63,182 nt of DNA, filler included, from Octopus bimaculoides (GCF_001194135.2; 5 parts of 4 records of this genome joined end to end with filler, not necessarily neighbours in it), one strand, 5' to 3'; shown: positions 26,960 through 40,821, numbered from the whole stretch's first letter. A program made the numbers and translations. The notes: a model not told the origin generated them from the letters alone.

Positions 26960-27250
26960 CCATCGTTAAGATGCGGTGTTTTCAAACTGATCCAATCAAC
27001 GAAACAGACGACTAGTGAAATTCAGTGTGCAAATAGCTGAGCGCCCCACAGACATGCGTACTCGTAACGTAGTTCTCAGGGGGATTTAGCTTGACACAGA
27101 ATGTAACAACGTTGGTTCTTTAAATTACAAGTAAATCACATCTTACTATTTTTGCCAGCTTTCTAGTCTGTAACGACGTGAAATAAAAAAGCCTTGCTCA
27201 AGAACACAACGCGTCACCGTGACTTGAATACCATATGCAGTAAGTCACAC
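26960..27250 (-). mobile_element. SINE family C, diverged
   Basis: GCTGAGCGCCCCACAGACATGCGTACTCGTAACGTAGTTCTCAGGG matches the family C body. Confidence 0.75.
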
Positions 27251-27475
27251 GCCTACACAGACGTGTAAAATGTCAGGAAAATAATGACATTCGGTTTGCT
27301 TGTCAAAGATTTTGCAAATAATCACGAAGGAATTAATTAATCACGTAATCAACATCGAAAATTAGATTATAATTAACCGCCGCTCACAATAATCATCGGA
27401 ATGTTTCGAACTCATTCCAAGTAATTTTCTTTCTAAAGAAACGCCTACTAGTTCAGAGCAAGTAAAACTTCGTGG

Positions 27476-27514
<39 letters not shown>

Positions 27515-28022
27515 NNNNNNNNNNNNNNNNNNNNNNNNNNNNNNNNNNNNNNNNNNNNNNNNNNNNNNNNNNNNNNNNNNNNNNNNNNNNNNNNNNNNNN
27601 NNNNNNNNNNNNNNNNNNNNNNNNNNNNNNNNNNNNNNNNNNNNNNNNNNNNNNNNNNNNNNNNNNNNNNNNNNNNNNNNNNNNNNNNNNNNNNNNNNNN
27701 NNNNNNNNNNNNNNNNNNNNNNNNNNNNNNNNNNNNNNNNNNNNNNNNNNNNNNNNNNNNNNNNNNNNNNNNNNNNNNNNNNNNNNNNNNNNNNNNNNNN
27801 NNNNNNNNNNNNNNNNNNNNNNNNNNNNNNNNNNNNNNNNNNNNNNNNNNNNNNNNNNNNNNNNNNNNNNNNNNNNNNNNNNNNNNNNNNNNNNNNNNNN
27901 NNNNNNNNNNNNNNNNNNNNNNNNNNNNNNNNNNNNNNNNNNNNNNNNNNNNNNNNNNNNNNNNNNNNNNNNNNNNNNNNNNNNNNNNNNNNNNNNNNNN
28001 NNNNNNTATATATATATATATT

Positions 28023-28054
<32 letters not shown>

Positions 28055-28589
28055 TGTATGTATGTATGTATGTATGTATATATGTATATATGTATGTATG
28101 TATATAGGAAAAAAAGAACTTATCTGCAGCTCTTCGCAGTCCATATCGGATGTGCAATCTATGTGTGTGTCTTTTCAGAACATCGTCTGGTATACAGTAT
28201 CAATTGCCTTCCATACATTGCCCTCCCTATCAGTACTTCTGATATGAGGTATTTATATTCTGTATTTGTTTATAATAATCAAACCGCTGTTCTCATCTTG
28301 ATTGTTTCTTTGACTACGTTTAGGCTCTTGTACGCTCCTGCCTTCTTCTGTTCTCTTTTCTTGAATGTGATTGTTATATTGGAACTTCGATCGCAACCCT
28401 CGGTTTGATCCACGGTGTTACACCGTTCTGATTCCATGCATTTCGTGACATGCTTTTCTTTTTTTCTTTTTTTTTGCTTCCGTTGATTGTGAATTATTTA
28501 GTGCTTTCGCTGGGACTGAACTGAGAACTTCGAAGTGACTACACAGTACTAAATGACATCTTTATTTGTTATGCTATGCCCTACTGAGG

Positions 28590-28880
28590 ATGAAAGCCAA
28601 ATTCGGCCCCAGTGGAATTTGAACTGTTGTGCTAACGATTCTGCCAGCTCACCGCTTGATGAACAAGAATAAATATCGGTTTCAAATTTTGACACAAAGC
28701 CAGAAATTTCGGAGAAGGAAATAGGTCGATTCCTTCGATTCCAGGGCTTAACTAGTATTTATTTTTATCAACTCCGAAGGGATTAAAGGCAAAGTCGACA
28801 TTGATGGAATTTGACCTCAGAACGTAAAGGCGGATGAAATACCGCCAGTCATTATTCCGGCGTGCAAACGATTTTATCTA
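28590..28880 (-). mobile_element. SINE family B fragments (two adjacent)
   Basis: GGCAAAGTCGAC...GGAATTTGACCTCAGAACGT; ATTCTGCCAGCTCACCGC. Confidence 0.75.
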
Positions 28881-29734
28881 TTCAGTACCGTATGAAAAAA
28901 AAGAAAAAGGATAAATATCAAGAACACAAATACATTTGATTTTCATTGTAAAAATCTAGAAGACATTTCCTTTCTACGAAAGAATCGAAAGATTTGCGTT
29001 TAAAATAATCTACCGAAATATTGTGTTAAATTTATCATAACAATATATATTTCGCACAATATATATTCTGCACAAATCGATTCCGAGTTAGTTCCATGAA
29101 ACTGAAAATATCAGGGTTAGAGTTATAATATAGTGATATATAATAACAGATAATACGAAAATAAGCGTCATACTGAAGTAAACACAATGTGTTTCTGTAT
29201 ATTCTCCAGTAGTCATCCTGCCCCTAAGAGTGGGATGTAGAGTGAAGTCTATGGACAGTTGAGGCTTTTGTGACTAAAACAACAATGAAATTGATTTCAT
29301 TATTTCCAAGGTTTAAATATAGCAGTGCATATAAAGCATATAATATAAAGCAAGTAATCTCAATAGCAATGGTAAAATTACGATGGATTTGTTCAGAAAA
29401 ACATTGCAAAAAAATAATAGAATCACTGAAACAGCTAGTAGAAATTGGATTTGAAAATATCCTACAGAACTGAAATATTGTAGTAATTATAGCAATAAAG
29501 CGTTCACCTTTATGATGAAACTATTACATTTGTCAAAGCGATTAACTCGAAACTTCCATAAATGTGAAAATAATCATATCCAGAGTAACACAATAGGGAT
29601 ATATATATTTATGTACAGCTAGTAGGAAGGGACATTGGAAAATAAAATCCAGCTTCATAGCGAAATAAATACATTATATATTCCATATCATGTATTTACT
29701 TGATGGTTCTCACGTAATTGGAGGTTCGCAGTAG

Positions 29735-29960
29735 AGTATTTACTGAACCGCTAGATAATGGGGAGGTAAAAACACCAACGCAGATTGTCAAGCGATACAG
29801 GGGGACAAAATCACGCACACACCGAAATGGGGCTCGTGGTGGGTATAGAACGGTCTTTTTTCATTTAACGTCTACCAAATCCACTCAAAAGTCTTTGGTC
29901 GGCCCGTGGCTATAGTAGAAGAAAGTTGCCGCCCAAGGCGCCACGCAGAGGAAATGGAGT
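29735..29960 (-). mobile_element. SINE family A fragment
   Basis: CGTCTACCAAATCCACTCA...TTGGTCGGCCCG-GGCTATAGTAGAAGA. Confidence 0.8.
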
Positions 29961-31464
29961 CAGCTCCTATCACACAGGGCGCCTGCACCTGTATACCGCC
30001 ACACCTGCACCTGTAACCATGTACATATATATATGTATATATATATATATATATATATACATATATACATATGCACACACAAGCACACATACACACGCAT
30101 ACACACGCATATATAAATACTTCTGATATAGGATATAATTGTTGATATATACGTAAAACAATTATATATATATATATANNNNNNNNNNNNNNNNNNNNNN
30201 NNNNNNNNNNNNNNNNNNNNNNNNNNNNNNNNNNNNNNNNNNNNNNNNNNNNNNNNNNNNNNNNNNNNNNNNNNNNNNNNNNNNNNNNNNNNNNNNNNNN
30301 NNNNNNNNNNNNNNNNNNNNNNNNNNNNNNNNNNNNNNNNNNNNNNNNNNNNNNNNNNNNNNNNNNNNNNNNNNNNNNNNNNNNNNNNNNNNNNNNNNNN
30401 NNNNNNNNNNNNNNNNNNNNNNNNNNNNNNNNNNNNNNNNNNNNNNNNNNNNNNNNNNNNNNNNNNNNNNNNNNNNNNNNNNNNNNNNNNNNNNNNNNNN
30501 NNNNNNNNNNNNNNNNNNNNNNNNNNNNNNNNNNNNNNNNNNNNNNNNNNNNNNNNNNNNNNNNNNNNNNNNNNNNNNNNNNNNNNNNNNNTATATATAT
30601 TCAGAGGTATGTATGTATGTATGTATGTATGTATGTATGTAGGTATGTATGTATGCATGCGCCTCTGCATGAATACGAGTTTCTGTATAGATTTCAAAGG
30701 ATTGTTTAAAGTTTTGTCATGCCATTTGTTATTGGTTTATTGGCAAGCGAGTAATATATATAATGCAGATACGCGGGTGTAGAGACAGATGAAAAAGCAC
30801 TAGAGATATATAGAGTGAAGTATATCTAGCTGGTACGTATAGATAAATACATAGATGTGTAGATTTTTGCTATAAGCGCACCACTTGAAAAGCAATACCT
30901 TAGTTTCCGATTTTAAAAAATTTCGGATTTCTGTGATGTAAGTATAGATAATATTGATTTTAGAAAGGAAAATTTTCTAAAATTTTAACGTATTTTACTT
31001 GTCCCTCCACATAATTTTATCTCATTTTATATAAGTTTACCATTTATTTGTCAAAATATATTTCTATTTCTGTGTTTGATATAACTTAGATTACAATTCT
31101 GTCATTTTTTTCCCTTTTCCTCTAAACTTCAAAATAACTTTCGATTGCATGTTTTTCGGGCAACGACGGCGCTGTAGTGAAATACTTCTTATTTGACAGA
31201 GTTTTATTCGACAATGTAATGACCAGGACACAGGGTAAGCTGAAAACACATATACACACACACAAACACAGAATGCACGCATATGTATAAATGTATTTTG
31301 ATGCATAGTTTTGCGTTTTTTAATAAATTTGTTAAAAATACCATCAAACAATGGAAATCTCTCCAGTAACATAGTTTTAGAAGGAAAATGAACATATATA
31401 AATTTTCGACGCCATGAGAATTTATAAACCAAGGCATAGTTTTCAATTTGTAAACTTTTATATG

Positions 31465-31508
<44 letters not shown>

Positions 31509-31608
31509 NNNNNNNNNNNNNNNNNNNNNNNNNNNNNNNNNNNNNNNNNNNNTTAATTAATTAANNNNNNNNNNNNNNNNNNNNNNNNNNNNNNNNNNNN
31601 NNNNNNNN
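31509..31608. other. Synthetic scaffold join 44N-TTAATTAATTAA-44N
   Basis: Same 100-bp layout as 13647-13746. Confidence 0.9.
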
Positions 31609-31652
<44 letters not shown>

Positions 31653-32329
31653 GGTGCTTACATACTTTAACCATCAGATGTCAAAGTAACAATTTAGCAA
31701 TATAGACAGCACAAACATATTGGTCATACAGACTAACTACCAGATGTTACTAAAAGCATCAAGGCAATACAAACTGACTAGAAGCTAAAATAACCAAAAT
31801 CCAAGCAATACAGACTGACCAACAGATGCTAAAATAAGCTGAACACAGTTCACTTTACATCTGCTTTTCCATTCTAGCATGGGTTAGTTGAATACATGTA
31901 ACACAAATTGATCAACAGCTGCTAAAATAACCGATATTCAGGCAATATATGTGACTGACCTTCAGATGCCAAAGAAGTGTAACAAAAGTGAAATAAAGAA
32001 GTTAATTTTGTTGGTAGCGGGAACTTTATAATTACGGGTTACGGTGTTGACTTTGGATGTTCAGGTGTTTGCAGACTATAATAAAAGTGCTAACAATAAT
32101 GCACCTGTTTTCAATTCCATGACCATCACTCCAGAGTGAGCTCAACATTGCATGGAATAAAACATCAATAACACTTAAAGAAGTTGTAAAAAAGCTATAA
32201 AGAACATTGAAGATTTTTATGGCCAAATATTTATTGAATGTCACACCAAAATTTTGAGATGGAATCTAGTGACACTTGAGTAATGAACAAAGATTTGGTA
32301 TGTGGAAGGTGTGTATATATACACACATT

Positions 32330-32610
32330 CACGTAGGTATGTAGCTTAGTGGTTAGAGGTATTCCGCTCACAATCATAAGAGGATGAGTTCAATTCATTT
32401 CCTGTTGCTAACTGGAAATAAATGAGTTGTACCTGTAATTTCAAAGGGGCCAGCCTTGTCGCATTCTGTGTCATGCTGAATCTCCCTGAGAACTACATTA
32501 AGATTATGCATGTCTGTGGAGTGCTCAGCCACTTGCATGTTAATTTCATGAGCAGGCTGTTCCGTTGGTTGGATCAACTGGAAACTTTTTCATTATAACC
32601 AATGGAGCGC
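32330..32610 (+). mobile_element. SINE family C
   Basis: Head TAGCTTAGTGGTTAGAG...GAGTTCAATTC. Body is the reverse complement of the 22971-23335 copy. Confidence 0.8.
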
Positions 32611-32819
32611 CAGTTTGACATGCATGTGCACACGCACAGAGAGGTTTTGTTTATAATTGTCTGACTCTGGTGTTTTACTGTTGGTTTTTTTTTTGGTTGC
32701 TTGTGCAGCGGATTGAAAAGAAAGAAAACGCATATATCACGAGAATTACTTGTGTATCTCAGGATTTAAGATACCTAACCCATATCCCTCTATGTTGTCC
32801 ACTCCACTGGTACTCCATC

Positions 32820-33352
32820 AGTTAAGATGATGAGGTTGTTCCGATCAACAGAACAACCTGCTCGTGAAATTAACATACAAGCGGCTGAGTGCTCCACAGG
32901 CGGCGAGCTGGCAGAAACGTTAGCACGTCGGGCGAAATGCTTAGCGGTATTTCGTCTGCCGTTAGGTTCTGAGTTCAAATTCTGCCGAGGTCGACTTTAC
33001 CTTTCATCCTTTCGGGGTCAATAAATTAAGAACCAGTTACGCACTGGGGTCGATGTAATCGACTTAATCTGTTTGTCTGTTCTTGTTTGTCCCCTCTATG
33101 ATTAGCCCCTTGTGGGCAATAAAAGAATAAGACATGCATACACTTAATGTAGCTCTCCAATAGTTTCATCATGACACAATATGTAACAAAGCTGGCCCCT
33201 TTGAATTACAGGTACATCTCTCTTTTGCTAGCTGAGTGAACTGGAGCAATGTGAAATAAACTGTCTTGCTCAAGGACATAACACGCTGCTATATATCAAA
33301 CTCATGACCATATGATTGTGAGCTGAATATTCTAACCACTTAGCCACGCACC
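32820..33352 (-). mobile_element. SINE family C split by a family B insertion
   Basis: The body breaks at ...CTCCACAG (about 32899) and resumes ACATGCATACACTTAATGTAG (about 33131), colinear with CCACAGACACGTGTACCCTTAACGTAG in intact copies. Confidence 0.82.
32899..33128 (+). mobile_element. SINE family B, full length, CpG-rich (probably young)
   Basis: Pol III-like boxes GCTGGCAGAAACGTTAG and GAGTTCAAATTC; A-rich tail. Confidence 0.88.
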
Positions 33353-35341
33353 TGTATGCTTTGAAAAATATCTATAATGGTTGGCATCAGGAAATTATGA
33401 GAGAATGTGTCATGAGAAAGAGTGTGTTGTCATGTGGGTGATAAAGTGTGTATGAGAGTATGTTATCATGAATGTGTGTGTGTGTGTGTGTGTGTGAGAA
33501 AGAAAGCATGTGTATGAGAAAGCATGTTGCATGTGCATTTAAAAAAAATAGTGTGTGTGTGTATGTGTGAAAGAACATGTTATGCATGTGTGAGAGAGAG
33601 AGCATTATACACAAAACTAAACCCTGAAAGCAAGGAATCCAGCTAACAGCTTCAAGATAAAAAAAAAATGGACGAACGTTCTGATTCTGTACAGTTTGAT
33701 GGGAAAGGAAATTGGATCGTCAGGCTAAAGTCCTTCATATGGACGCTTACCCTTAACAAGATTAGCAGGGATTGAGGGATAAAGAACAGTGAGCAGTGAG
33801 GCATACCTGGTTAGGTGAAATAAGATTAGGTCCTGGCTGGTAGATCTCATAGACCTAGAGAGAGAGAGAGAGAGAAGTAGGAGGGGAGATAGAGAAATAG
33901 GGAGAAGTGGAGAAGGAGAGAGAAAATATACAGGAAACTAAAAATAAAGAAACAAACAAAAATGAAAAAACGAAAATCAAAAATAAAGAAATTGTGAAAA
34001 AAAAAACAAGAAAAAGTTAAGGCTCCAGCAAGCAAAATGGACATGCAATTTATCTCTCACTCAATCTTGAAATGATTTGAGGAGTATTTAACTTATAATA
34101 TTAAGACTAATCAGATATCTCCAAAGTGACATCTCAAAATCTTATTTATTGTTATATGTTTTTTTTTTTTTGATGTCCAGTCACTATAACTTTCACCGTC
34201 TGTAAAACATTGGTTCTGTACATGTAAATGTAATACTTCAGGTCATCTACAATGTTTTTGTAAAAACAGAAAAATACATTATAAGAGAAAGGAAAATAGA
34301 GAGAGAAATTGATGAAAGAAGAGGGGATGAGGAAACGGTTGTGAAATAAGAGAAGATGAATGAAGAGAGACGATGAAAAGTAAATGATTATAAGTGAAAA
34401 AGATGAAACTAGTGACAAAATACAAGAAAAACATGTTCAATAACATCTTTGTTTAACTTTTCGCAAGCAAAAAAAAAAAAAAAAAGTGGTAAACAGTTAC
34501 AAGGATGAATATTAGTCAAAAGAGAACAAATTGAGAAAAATAAAACAAAGAATGTATATCAGAGAGTGGTGTTGAAATTAAGGCAAAAGTTAACTGACCA
34601 CAAAAGTCATAGGAGTGACCAAGCAGTATTATAACTCTGCAAGAGAGAGTGATGGGAATGGTAAAACTGGTGATCACATAGATCACCGAAGAAGGTCAAA
34701 CAGTGCTGTAGAGAAAGAGTAGTGATGAAGTTAAGACTGGTTTGCTGCCCACAATGGTCAAGGAAGATGGTCAAGCGATAGCTATGTAAGACAGAGTCCA
34801 AATAAATCAGTGATGAGTTTGTGTCAATATAATTGATAAATATATGTTTTATGTGCCATGAAGTGCGGAGAGTTCAGACATTTTGAGCAGGGAAGTTTTC
34901 CCTTCTATGATCACACATTTTTTTAGGGATATCAAGAACTATATAAACTAATGTGCCCTTTTCTTGGTAGGTTTGATATATACTAATTCTAATAGATTAA
35001 GCAACTACATGGAGGCCCTCTAAGCTAAGGGTGTTTAGTTTAGAAACAGTAACTGAAGTGGAAGGTTATTTCTGAAACTGATGTCTACAGATCTTCACAT
35101 TCCTCACACAAAATTCTCATTTGGAAACAGCCCTTTTAGGGCTGTTTCCAAAACATCAACACCTACCTCTTTGCCCAAAACAAGTTTATTTTATTTTACA
35201 AATTTTATAGGTACATAGCTGTACCCTGGTCTGATAAATATATTTCATTTCCTATTCAACAGCTGAACAATCACTCTCCAAGTCAGCAGAGAGATTTTAG
35301 AAGAATTCCATTATCTCTCGTGGATTGACTGTTCCTGAAGA

Positions 35342-35670
35342 TCAGGAGTTAATCATTTTTTATTTGTGGACCCCTTTCATTACTATTCTATTTTGATGGA
35401 CCCTCATAGTCATTCAATGTTTAAAACCTAGTTTTATAAACTATTTTTCCAAAATTCCTAATTTGTTTTTCACTTGTTAACTTGTTAAGGTGGAATTATG
35501 TAAAACATTAGAGAAAGAAACATAGCTGTCCCTTTCAAAAATACATCTAAATCAGAATTTTTCATGGACCCTTACAATAGAACTATATTTTCCTATTTTG
35601 CTCATACAAACCCCCAAAAGCCTTACATGTCCTAACAGGGACCATATGGGTCCCAGCTGAGAATCAGTGT
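35342..35670. mobile_element. Possible degenerate non-autonomous DNA transposon (hAT/MITE-like)
   Basis: Repeated TGGACCC motifs and an end resembling GTTGAGAACCACTG. Recognised by resemblance only. Confidence 0.35.
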
Positions 35671-36084
35671 TGTAGAGGATCTCTCAGCTCATGTAGAATT
35701 TTGTACCTCGGAATATAAAAGCCATTAGGTTTTTAACAATTATCGATTTAGCTTAATTTTTGTGCCTAAATAAAAATTCCAGAAACAAAATTCACTCTCC
35801 AGTTTTGAAAAGAAGCAAGAATACTTCATTGATTTTACTTCTAGGTTGATAACAAAGCAACCCCTAAGGAATCTGGACTGTGAGTATAGGGGTTACAATT
35901 AAATAGAACATACATAGTTTGGTAATGACCATTTCTGACAACTCACAAGTCAATAAAAAAGTCTCAACTCGCTAGAAATCATAGCCATGTCTCTTCCAAA
36001 TCATACCATGGTGTATTAAAAGGTCACATTTGGTCTCATCAGAATATACATTCTTCAAAGTTCACATAATCTTTTCTATTTAAG

Positions 36085-36432
36085 GCACAAGGGCTGAAAT
36101 TTTGGAGGGAGTTAGTCGATTACATTGACCCCATTATTTCACTGGTACTTAATTTATCGACCCCAAAAGGATGACAGGCAGTTGACTTTGGCAGACTAAT
36201 AATAATAATAATAATGATTTCAAATTTTGACACAAGGCCAGCAATTTTGGGGCAGGGAGTAAGTCAATTACTTTGCCCTTGGTGATAAACTGGTACTTAA
36301 TTTATTTTATCGACCCTGAGAGGACAAAAGGCAAAGTCGACCTCAGTGGAATTTGAACTCAGAATGTGGAAATGGATGAAACACTGTTAAGCATTTTTCC
36401 CAGTGTGCTAATGGTTCTGCCAACTTGCACAC
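36085..36432 (-). mobile_element. Two SINE family B copies with strong CpG decay
   Basis: GGCAAAGTCGACCTCAGTGGAATTTGAACTCAGAATGT versus CTCGGCAGAATTTGAACTCAGAACGT at 15829-15856. Confidence 0.82.
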
Positions 36433-36585
36433 TAACAGAAGTGTTCCTTCTAATCCCTTATGGAATCGACTGAAATAACTGCATCGTTGGCTGATGCTAC
36501 TTAAGTCAGACATTAAGTGGAGAAAGCATGATTATTATATTAAATATGGCCTGGGACAAGGCTATCAAAAAAAGGTTCATTGCAG

Positions 36586-36727
36586 GAGAAGAGGGATAAC
36601 AAAATTCTACTTGTGTCACAAACATATCAAGGTCTTGAATGTGGTGCATGTTGGTGATATATGTGTATACACACACTGTGCACTTTTGGAAATGGGCCTA
36701 CCTTATCTGGAGAAATTTTGCCAGGGG
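36586..36727 (+). other. Candidate exon (RRGITKFYLCHKHIKVLNVVHVGDICVYTHCALLEMGLPYLEKFCQG)
   Basis: TTCATTGCAG acceptor, GGG|GTAAGT donor and one open frame. Lies within ORF 36494-36799. Confidence 0.35.
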
Positions 36728-38732
36728 GTAAGTTTATATCCTGTAGTTGTACAAAAGTCAAGGTTAACAAATAACAACTGCAACATGATTCAGTTATGAA
36801 AAGGTTTTGATAAATAAGTTTCATTAAAGAAATATAAATAAAATCAACAAGATGGTGGTGGTGGTGGTGGTGGTGATGGTGTGTGTGTGTGTGTGTGGGG
36901 GGGGGGTATCATTTGTGCTTAATTAAATTGTTAGCTAAAACAGCAAAGTTTCTCCCAAATCATACTAAACCATCTTAAAAACTGTGGCATTGGACACATT
37001 GGAGGATGTAGTCTTAGATATACAATGGCTGAAATTGAAGATCAAATGATCTTGGTTAAAATGGCTTTCATCATAGATCTACTGGATTAGGACAACCTGG
37101 GGTTAAAGAACAACAACAACAATAGAAACAAAAGCATTTCAGAGATCAGGCCCCACTGTGGATCAATATGCTAGAAATAGCAACCAAATCACCTTCAAAT
37201 AATGCCCCAACATCTTAGAAGAAAAAAGAGACATAGGATAATGCAGTTATGGGATAAATTAAAACGATGTGATGGTCATTGTTAGAATAACTTTGATCAC
37301 AGATTCTGCTTGACAGAGTTGACCTGGGGCTTAAACAAAACATTCAGAGATTATGCCAACAAGAATGTCCAACGAGGAAAAGCAGCTGAATCTTGCTCTA
37401 AGCGTATCCAAGTGTCTTGCAAAAGGACAAATTGGATACTGTAGTGTGAAATATAATAAACTAAATGGAATAACTTCATAGAAGTCAGCCAATGGTATGT
37501 ATACAGAAGGGTCTGTACTGAATGACATACATAAACAATTCTATTGGTTGGAGAAAGAAAACAAAAGCCTAGCAGTAAATGTTAGCAACTCTCAAACAAA
37601 ACAGATAATTTTAAGAATTTAGGAATTCACAAAATTGCTTAACATTTTCAAGAAAGAAAACCTGATCTGATTTTCCTTGAGTTTGTAAACACAAAATATC
37701 TTCACTCACACTTAAGATATATCTTCACTCACACTTAAGATGTATCTCCACTGTCACATTCTAATTCATATAGGATATATCAATTATAAGATTACATTTC
37801 ATTTCCACACTGCATTTCACTAGGGTGCGCAATGGGGGTAGTGTCAGGCTGAAGTATCACAAATCAATGATTTAATGCATTAATTCGATCAATGGTGGTA
37901 TTGGCTGTCTTTGTTGTGTCTGTCAAACAACAATGATGTTGGTGACGACTATAAACCATTGGATCAAATTTTTTATGCTCCACATACATGATTGAAGCGG
38001 GGAAAACTTTAGCTGAAACAGAAGACACTCGAGAGGATTGACAATGGAGAGACAGGGCTGAAAAGAGTAACTAGATTTTGCTTGAATCTGAGCTGGGCCC
38101 CTTAAAAGAAGAACAGGTGGGGTTTGTCATCTGAGTTTCAGCGACCACACGATGTCATGATACAGGAAAAAGTATGGTGCAGCCTTACATCTCAAAGTTA
38201 CATATATATCCAAATCAACAATTCTACATGCTCTTATATTTATAGTCAACATGACTGACCACTTCATATCGTTGCTATTATGCAAAACTGTTCTAAGTCC
38301 AAAACGTTGCTTTTTCAGAAATCGGAAACATAGTTTCATCATTCAATTTCTTTTTACATTAGCAACAGTTTCAGCTTAACGGTAATACTTTGTTGGGTGC
38401 ACAAAATCGTAACTCCATGCATGTATGATATTTTCAGTCAGAAATATTTTTGCAAAACTGTCGTATGTGGGACTTACTTTTGTATTTTCCAAAAGTGTGG
38501 TAAGTCCAAAACGTTGCTTTCTCAAAAAACAAAAATAGTTTCACCATTCCATAGCAAAACGGTTGTACTACACTTTGACAATTTTTGATATCTTGGTATC
38601 TGAAGCAGCTGGAGATATGATAGTTTGACCAAAAGAACCGGTTATTGCAAACAAAAATAAATATTGAAAGAAACAGATTTGGCCAAATTTGGACTACGAC
38701 AGTTTAGTATAATAACAAACAATATGTATATA

Positions 38733-38987
38733 TATCGTTGCTATTATGCAAAAGTATGTCCAAAATGTTGCTCTTTCAGAAAATGAAAAGAAGAGTTTCA
38801 TCATTCCATAGCAAAACCATTGTACTACACTTTGACAATTTTTGATATTTTGGCATCTGATGCAGCTGGAGATGCAACAGTTTGACTAAAAGAACCAGCT
38901 ATTGCAAGCAAAAATAAATATTGAAAAAATTAAAAAACCATTTGGCCAAATTTGGACATACAACAGATTAACATAATAGCAACGATA
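38733..38987. mobile_element. MITE with 16-bp terminal inverted repeats, TA-flanked
   Basis: TATCGTTGCTATTATG (38733-38748) and CATAATAGCAACGATA (38972-38987). Related partial copies at 38267-38700. Confidence 0.7.
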
Positions 38988-39019
38988 TATACTCCCACCA
39001 ATACTGCATGACATATAAA

Positions 39020-39200
39020 CTCATCATAATTACTTAATGTCCGTTTTCCATGCTGGTATGGGTTGGACAGTTTGGTAGGAACTGGCCAGTTACACCAAGC
39101 TCCAGTTGTTTGTTTTGGCATGGTTTCTATGGCTTGATGCCCTTCTTAATGCCAACCACTTCACAGAGTGGACTGGGTGCTTTTTTATGTGGCACCAGCA
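39020..39200 (-). mobile_element. RTE LINE 3'-tail fragment
   Basis: CCATGCTGGTATGGGTTGGAC...GATGCCCTTCTTAATGCCAACCAC is the reverse complement of the tail at 55240-55395. Confidence 0.8.
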
Positions 39201-39454
39201 CTTTATACATGGCACCAGCATGGGTGGCTTTTGTGTGTTACTGTCATGGGTGGTTTTACATGATACCTGTATGGGTGCTATTTATGTGGCAACTTAGCTC
39301 AATTCCATAATGGAAAGTGGTTTAGTGTCATGCAGTGGAATTGATCACAAAACCATTCGGTTACAAAAAAAAACTTTTCCACCACACACCCAGAACTATG
39401 CCTCAATAAATATAGATGTGTGCACACACAGACACACACACAAACTCGTACATT

Positions 39455-39665
39455 AGTTTCAAACTTTGGAACAAGGCCATCAAGCTCAGGAGAGGGGTAC
39501 ATTGATTACCTCGACCTCAGTGCTCGACTGGTACTTATTTTATCGACCTTGAAAAGCTAAAAGGCAAAGTCGACCTTGGTGGAATTTGAACTCAGAACAT
39601 AGACAGACGAAATGCCACTTAGCATTTTGCCTGGGATGCTAACAATTCCGTTTGCTCACTGCCTA
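39455..39665 (-). mobile_element. SINE family B
   Basis: GGCAAAGTCGACCTTGGTGGAATTTGAACTCAGAAC. Confidence 0.82.
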
Positions 39666-40371
39666 ATAAACACCCTTATATTGGTAACTGGTGGAGAAAA
39701 AAGTACTTAATACTTTAGTAGAGATTAAAACAGTAGAACCTCGCAGTACGATTGCCCCATTATATGAGTAATTTGTTGTATGAAGCGAGACTCATACAAA
39801 TTTTTGTCTTGAAGTACGAGCATGCAAATCGTTCCATTTTTAAGGTAATTCAGTAAATAAAACCAGTTTACATATTTCTTTTGCATTCTTTTTTTTATAA
39901 TTGTCATTTAACTTGTAACTATACCTTTTCTCTTTTAAAATCCATAAAAAGTTATTTTTGAGTGGTTTGTGGGGAGGGGCTGGAATGGATTAATTATATT
40001 TTAGTTAATTTCAATGTGGAAAACTGATTTGTAAAACGAGTAAATTGTAAGATGAGTTTGGTTATGGAATGAATTATACTCGTACTGCGCGGTATCACTG
40101 TAATATATGTTTTATTTTAGTCAAGTCAGTCTCTTGTTACTCTGAGTTTCACCAATGAGTGCAGAGTACCCTTGAGGCAAGTTACAACTGAAGAAATACT
40201 GAAATTTGTACATCTACGTATAGGATTCCTGTAATAGGGTATGATGGTGGGGGTGGGGAATATCAAAGGAATGGAAAAAGCAAAAAGAGGGAGAAAATAA
40301 AATAAAAAAGGAAGAAAAAGGAGTAATAGTAACTAAATTACCCTTAAATTATACACCATAAAATTGAAAAA

Positions 40372-40761
40372 AGGCGCAGGAGTGGCTGTGTGGTAAGTAG
40401 CTTGTTTACCAACCACATGGTACCGGGTTCAGTCCCACTGTGTGGCACCTTGAGCAAGTGTCTTCTACTATAGCCTCAGGCCAACCAAAGCCTTGTGAGT
40501 GGATTTGGTAGACGGAAACTGAAAGAAGCCCGTCGTATATATGTATATATATATATGTATGTGTGTCTGTGTTTGTCCCCCCCACCATCGCTTGACAACC
40601 GATGCTGCTGTGTTTACGTCCCCGTAACTTAGCAGTTCGACAAAAAGAGACCGATAGAATAAGTACTAGGCTTACAAAGAATAAGTCCTGTGTTCGATTT
40701 GGTCGACTAAAGGCAGTGCTCCAGCATGGCCGCAGTCAAATGACAAACAAGTAAAAGAGTA
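40372..40761 (+). mobile_element. SINE family A, full length (reference copy)
   Basis: tRNA-like A box TGGCTGTGTGG and B box GGTTCAGTCCC, internal TA/TG microsatellite, 3' end CAAGTAAAAGAGTA. Confidence 0.9.
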
Positions 40762-40821
40762 TTGTAAGAAGCTTCACCTATTTCTCTTTTCTTTCCTTTT
40801 TTTTTTCCTTTTTTACAACAG

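Noticed and set aside
37930-38120. Exon ending GAACAG|GTGGGG
   Set aside because: There are stops in all three frames and no convincing acceptor.
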